Assembly: GCA_049666745.1 (NCBI GenBank)
Contig: JBATHL010000032.1
Location: 1-37,965 of the forward strand
Source of the DNA: Gammaproteobacteria bacterium
GTDB lineage: Bacteria; Pseudomonadota; Gammaproteobacteria; GCA-001735895
Direction: 5' to 3'
Length of the DNA: 37,965 bases
Shown here piece after piece: positions 34,017 to 37,965 of this stretch (its first letter is position 1; each line of letters begins with the position of its first letter). The notes below the pieces were generated by a model that was not told the DNA's origin, searched no databases, and saw only the letters and a list, made by a program, of their open reading frames with translations. Both the position numbers and the translations under genes were made by a program.

Positions 34017-34031
34017 ATTAGTTTAACTAAT
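34017..34031. promoter_or_regulatory. candidate LysR-type binding site (T-N11-A)
   Basis: A perfect 15-bp palindrome ATTAGTttaACTAAT (contains TTAGT-N3-ACTAA = T-N11-A) lies 24 nt upstream of the LysR start, in the 120-bp divergent region. Confidence 0.5.
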
Positions 34032-34054
34032 ATCTAACTTATGCATGGAGTCGA

Positions 34055-34936
34055 ATGCGAGATTTACCCCCTCTGAAGTGGTTACTGGTGTTCGAATCTT
34101 CGGCACGCCACCTGAGTTTTACCCAGGCGGCCGATGAGTTGAACGTGACCCAGTCGGCCGTGAGTCAGCAGATCAAGCTGCTGGAGAACTTCGTCGGCGA
34201 ACCGCTGTTTATCCGTGGAGCCAGATCCCTGCAGTTGACCCACGCCGGTAGTACCTACCTTCCGGATATCCAGAGTGCGCTGCGTATTCTGCGTCAGAGT
34301 ACGCGCTCGAACTTCGTCCGCTCCGATCCGGACCGAATCACGATTCGAAGTAACTGGTCATTCAGCGTACTATGGCTGACACCGCGGATTGCCTCCTTTA
34401 TGCAAACCAATCCCGGTATTTCGTTGAACATTGTGCCGGCCATCTGGGAGACTGATTACAGCGCTAATTCGGACGGTATCGAAATTCGATTCGGCGCCAG
34501 GACAGGCAAGGATAACGAATATCTGTTAAGCGAAAAGATGTCCTGCTTCCCCCTTTGCGCTCCACCGCTGGCGGCGCAGATATCGGGGCCGGAAGATCTG
34601 TTCAAGTTTGGCCGCATCAATTCGCTGGGTGCGGCAACGCCCTGGGACAGTTTTTATCAACTTTGCGAGGTAAAGCCCCCGGATGATTTACAACAATCCG
34701 AGCTCAGCACGCATGGCTACATGTTGGCAGTGGAAATGGCGCGATGTAAGCTCGGGGTCATGCTTGGTCTTTCATTCATTTCCGATGCACTGCTTGCCGG
34801 CGGTGACCTGGTGCGCCTGTTTGATGTCGAGCTGGAAATTCCTGAAACCTATTACCTGAAAGCTGATCGCAGTCGCCTGTCGGATAACGAGAATAAATTC
34901 TGTGACTGGTTGCTGGAACATGGAGGTATCGCCTGA
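34055..34936 (+). CDS. LysR family transcriptional regulator (GcvA-like)
   Basis: The N-terminal HTH is LKWLLVFESSARHLSFTQAADELNVTQSAVSQQIKLLE, and the LysR substrate-binding domain has the expected length. It is divergent from the aldolase operon. Confidence 0.9.
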   Translation: MRDLPPLKWLLVFESSARHLSFTQAADELNVTQSAVSQQIKLLENFVGEPLFIRGARSLQLTHAGSTYLPDIQSALRILRQSTRSNFVRSDPDRITIRSNWSFSVLWLTPRIASFMQTNPGISLNIVPAIWETDYSANSDGIEIRFGARTGKDNEYLLSEKMSCFPLCAPPLAAQISGPEDLFKFGRINSLGAATPWDSFYQLCEVKPPDDLQQSELSTHGYMLAVEMARCKLGVMLGLSFISDALLAGGDLVRLFDVELEIPETYYLKADRSRLSDNENKFCDWLLEHGGIA

Positions 34937-35527
34937 ATGAACCATTTCGCACACCTGGTGTTGGCGCAGCCCACCGTCGAGTCGACAGTTGGCAATCTCC
35001 TCGGAGATTTTGCGCGGGGTGTAGATCAGGCTTCCCTGCCGGCTGCGGTGCAGGCCGGACTGCTCAATCATCGCGCCGTTGACCGATTTACCGATGCCCA
35101 CCCGTTAGTGCTCGAAATGAAGCGCAGTTTCGGGGCCAGGCGGCGCCGATTTGCCGGTATTGCGCTCGATATCTACTTCGACCATCTTTTGATCAATCAC
35201 TGGGACAGGTTTGAAGAGCGCAGCCTGGAAGACCTGATCGCCGGGTTGTATCAGCGCATGGACGAAGGCCAGAAAATGATGCCGCATAACGATATGCAGC
35301 GCGTGACCCAACGCATGATCGAATACGACTGGTTTGGCTCCTACCGTGATATCGACGCCGTTGCCGAAGCGCTCGATCGAGTTGCCGGGCGCATACGCTT
35401 TGCTAATGATTTCGATAACGCCATCGAGGATTTACAGCACAGTCATGAAATGATTCTGCAGGGTTTTCTTGAGTTTTACCCGCAGTTGCAGCGGCACGTA
35501 ACAGAGCAGGCGATCGAGTCGGGTTAG
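34937..35527 (+). CDS. acpH: acyl carrier protein phosphodiesterase
   Basis: MNHFAHLVLAQPTVESTVGNLLGDFARG...LNHRAVDRFTDAHP...IALDIYFDHLL parallels E. coli AcpH (MNFLAHLHLA...GNLLADFVRG...HRRID.LTD). The ATG immediately follows the LysR stop (TGAATG), with GGAGG 10 nt upstream. Confidence 0.8.
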   Translation: MNHFAHLVLAQPTVESTVGNLLGDFARGVDQASLPAAVQAGLLNHRAVDRFTDAHPLVLEMKRSFGARRRRFAGIALDIYFDHLLINHWDRFEERSLEDLIAGLYQRMDEGQKMMPHNDMQRVTQRMIEYDWFGSYRDIDAVAEALDRVAGRIRFANDFDNAIEDLQHSHEMILQGFLEFYPQLQRHVTEQAIESG

Positions 35528-36921
35528 CAATCGACCACCTTGCCCGGGTTCATGATGTTGTGCGGATCGAGCGCTGCCTTGATCGACTTCATTACGTCCA
35601 CCGCGCCGTCACCATGTTCGTTACGCATATGTTTCAGCTTGCCCATGCCGATCCCGTGTTCGCCGGTGCAGGTGCCGCCCATCTGCAAAGCCCTTTGCAC
35701 CATGCGTTTATCGAGCTCGAATGCCTTCTCGAACATTGCGTCATCAGCAGGATCGATGAACATGGTGGCATGAAAATTACCATCCCCGACATGCCCGATA
35801 ACCGGGGCATACAAACCTGAAGCCGCAATATCGGCCTGGGTTTCGGTGATACAATCCGCGAGGCGGGAAATGGGGACACAGACATCGGTTACATAGCCGC
35901 TATACCCGGGGTAAACCGCAAGGCCCGCATAGTAGGCATCGTGCCGGGCACGCCAGAGCTGGTTGCGGTCTTCTTCATGCTCTGCCCACTGAAACCCGGT
36001 CGCACCGAATTCCTGAGAAATTTCATCGAACATCTGTACCTGCTCGGCTACCCCGGCGCGGGTACCATGGAACTCGAGAAACAGCGTGTCGAGCTCCGGG
36101 TATTCGGTTTTACTATAGGCATTGATGGCTTTCATGTAAGCGCTATCGACAATTTCGATGCGTGCAATGGGGATTCCCATCTGAATGGTCTGAATCGTCG
36201 CTTCCGCCGCCGAACGCACATCCGGAAAATTGACGATAGCAGCCGAGATTGCCTCGGTCAGACCGTGAAGACGCAGGCAGACCTCGGTAATGACACCCAG
36301 TGTTCCCTCGGAACCGACGAACAGGTGTGTCAGGTCATATCCCGCCGCCGATTTGCGCGCGCGGGTTCCGGTTTTGATGATTTCCCCGCTCGCGGTAACC
36401 ACGCTCAAACCTAGCACGTTTTCGCGCATGGTACCGTAGCGTACCGCGTTGGTACCGGAGGCGCGCGTCGCCGTCATGCCGCCGATCGAGGTATCGGCAC
36501 CGGGATCGATCGGGAAGAATAACCCGCTATCGCGAAGATACTGATTTAATTCCCGCCGTGTTACCCCTGCCTGGACACGGCAGTCCATATCCTCGTTGTT
36601 CACTTCCAGAATTTGATTCATCTGGATGAGATCGATACAAATGCCGCCATTGACGGCCTGAACCTGGCCTTCCAGCGATGTACCGGTGCCGAAAGCAATC
36701 ACGGGCGTCCCGGTTTGCGCGCAAAGCTTTACTATAGTAGCCACTTCTTCATTGCTGCGCGGAAAACATACCGCATCCGGGGATTGTGTCGGATGCCAGG
36801 ATTCGCCGTGTCCGTGCTGTTCGAGCACTGAGGCGCTGGTGCTCAGGCGCTCTCCAAATTCGGAACGCAGTTGTTCGATCAGAGCCTCCCGCTTGGAAAG
36901 ATTTGCTACTGGATGGTTCAT
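35524..36921 (-). CDS. FAD-linked oxidase (D-lactate / D-2-hydroxyacid dehydrogenase, GlcD-like)
   Basis: It has the FAD_binding_4-type N-terminal half (VCFPRSNEEVATIVKLCAQTGTPVIAFGTGTSLEGQ) and a C-terminal FAD-oxidase domain ending GTCTGEHGIGMGK...KAALDPHNIMNPGK. Its stop overlaps the acpH stop by 4 nt (convergent). Confidence 0.85.
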   Translation of the reverse strand: MNHPVANLSKREALIEQLRSEFGERLSTSASVLEQHGHGESWHPTQSPDAVCFPRSNEEVATIVKLCAQTGTPVIAFGTGTSLEGQVQAVNGGICIDLIQMNQILEVNNEDMDCRVQAGVTRRELNQYLRDSGLFFPIDPGADTSIGGMTATRASGTNAVRYGTMRENVLGLSVVTASGEIIKTGTRARKSAAGYDLTHLFVGSEGTLGVITEVCLRLHGLTEAISAAIVNFPDVRSAAEATIQTIQMGIPIARIEIVDSAYMKAINAYSKTEYPELDTLFLEFHGTRAGVAEQVQMFDEISQEFGATGFQWAEHEEDRNQLWRARHDAYYAGLAVYPGYSGYVTDVCVPISRLADCITETQADIAASGLYAPVIGHVGDGNFHATMFIDPADDAMFEKAFELDKRMVQRALQMGGTCTGEHGIGMGKLKHMRNEHGDGAVDVMKSIKAALDPHNIMNPGKVVDC

Positions 36922-37079
36922 CGGCTGCGCCCGGGTTAGAAATCCGGGTTAATTATGCTACAGAGGAAGAATTTTGTCAGTTCTCGCTACTTACGAGGCC
37001 CCGATCTGGTTCATGGCAAAAATGCTTAGCGCATCTATACTTATTGTCTGTATCCCGTAGCGATAAACTGAATTACAAA

Positions 37080-37965
37080 ATGTCGACAATCGAGTCGCTG
37101 GTAACAGCGCGACCGCAACCAGAATCTAATACTGAATTTTCCAGTTTGACCCGGGAAGAACTCGAAGTCGAACTGGCCAGGTTGCGGCGTCGCAATAACT
37201 TGTTTGACGCGACCGAAAAGGCTGCGAAAATAGGCTACTACGAGTGGAATTACGAATGTGATCGGCTCGAATCCTGCTCTGCAGAATACGCCACCATGTT
37301 CGGTATGACCATCGAAGAAGTGATGGCGTCACAGGATAGCTGGCAGAATACGCTGCAGTATATCCATCCCGACGACCATGACCGCTACAAGAAGGCCGCA
37401 ACAGAGTTACGAGATAACCAGTCGCTCAGCACTGACTATCGCATCCTGCTTGCCGATGGCTCGATAAGGCATGTACGTGAGTTCGGAATTGTAGTGGTTG
37501 ATGACAAGGGAGCTGCGCGCGGCAGCTTCGGTCTGTTACAGGATATTTCCGCACAGGTAAAATACGATCGCGACCTGGAGTATCGCGATGAACTCGCGCG
37601 TCAAACCGAAGCCATTACCGATATCGGCCATTTTATTTACGATGAAGAGGATGAGCGCTACGTCTATCTCAGCGAGGGTTGTGCACGAATCTACGGCAGC
37701 ACCGTCTCGGCTTACAAGGAACGGATGAACAGCGTCGAGGACGACCTGTCGGATATCGTTGCAGAAGATCGCGACCGGGTGAAGGAAGAGTATCGGCATT
37801 TCATCGAAAATGGACAGGATTGCGCGCTCGAGTATCGAATACGGCGTGCCGATGGTGCGATGCGCTGGGTTCGCGAGCTCACCTCAGCCAAGCTGATGAA
37901 AAATGGCCTTGTCAAACAGACGCTCGGGGTGGTCCAGGATATCACCGAGCGGGTCGAGCGTGAGC
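37080..37965 (+). CDS. PAS-domain signalling protein, N-terminal part (3' end outside the window); absent from the supplied ORF track
   Basis: I translated frame 3 from ATG 37080 to the window end (295 codons) and found no stop. It reads MSTIESLVTARPQPES...LFDATEKAAKIGYYEWNYECDRLESCSAEYATMFGMTIEEV...IHPDDHDRY...DYRILLADGSIRHVREFG..., then a second unit GHFIYDEEDERYVYLSEGCARIYG...VAEDRDRV...EYRIRRADGAMRWVREL...GVVQDITERVERE. These are two PAS_3-type repeats. The output domain is unknown. The start is uncertain: there is no clear SD and the frame is open further upstream. Confidence 0.7.
   Translation, partial: MSTIESLVTARPQPESNTEFSSLTREELEVELARLRRRNNLFDATEKAAKIGYYEWNYECDRLESCSAEYATMFGMTIEEVMASQDSWQNTLQYIHPDDHDRYKKAATELRDNQSLSTDYRILLADGSIRHVREFGIVVVDDKGAARGSFGLLQDISAQVKYDRDLEYRDELARQTEAITDIGHFIYDEEDERYVYLSEGCARIYGSTVSAYKERMNSVEDDLSDIVAEDRDRVKEEYRHFIENGQDCALEYRIRRADGAMRWVRELTSAKLMKNGLVKQTLGVVQDITERVERE

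Noticed and set aside
1-37965. Search for CRISPR arrays, tRNA/rRNA genes, IS elements, integrases, prophage or toxin-antitoxin/defence modules.
   Set aside because: I found no direct-repeat/spacer periodicity, no cloverleaf-like or rRNA-like segments, no terminal inverted repeats flanking genes, and no ORF with transposase, recombinase, nuclease or ATPase defence motifs. Apart from a handful of ORFs with no recognisable domain, all sizeable ORFs are accounted for by metabolic, envelope or signalling genes.

Overview
This is a gene-dense chromosomal segment with 36 CDS called and many 1-8 nt gene overlaps. It is moderately GC-rich and most plausibly comes from a marine-type gammaproteobacterium; that is an inference from gene content and 'GTCATTCCGG'-type REP hairpins and cannot be verified here. 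I saw no rRNA, tRNA, CRISPR array, transposase, integrase, phage or recognisable defence gene. Most of the window encodes catabolism of nitrogenous or methylated osmolytes and polyamines. In order along the window: the tail of a Rieske oxygenase; gloA; gabD-gabT, divergent from a 923-aa Orn/Lys/Arg-type decarboxylase; a small unknown gene coupled to a C45 Ntn-hydrolase; a VOC protein; an amidase; and an ATP-grasp ligase. Next come a non-pyrrolysine MttB-family methyltransferase, tail-to-tail with a DddP-like M24 enzyme that is itself divergent from a Cys/Met-metabolism PLP enzyme; then sarcosine oxidase soxBDAG; an orphan Cache-type histidine kinase; a GNAT; a textbook creatinase; an acyl-CoA dehydrogenase plus family III CoA-transferase pair; and csaA. 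After that comes a stretch of envelope proteins of unknown function that looks AT-richer by eye. It holds a PA2779/PA2778-like pair, a lipoprotein, a 55-aa membrane ORF missing from the ORF track, and a 319-aa anchored protein. The window ends with a LysR-controlled operon (class II aldolase, membrane di-iron desaturase-like enzyme, Rieske ferredoxin), acpH, an FAD-linked oxidase, and a PAS-domain ORF that runs off the 3' end and is also missing from the track. Nothing here is a clear-cut novel system. The best candidates for uncharacterised biology are: (i) the ATP-grasp / orphan MttB / DddP-like / PLP-enzyme cluster beside soxBDAG; (ii) the aldolase-desaturase-Rieske operon; (iii) the secreted PA2779/PA2778-like protein-peptidase pair; and (iv) the 145-aa unknown coupled to the C45 hydrolase. 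All functional calls rest on motif recognition by eye, with no database search.
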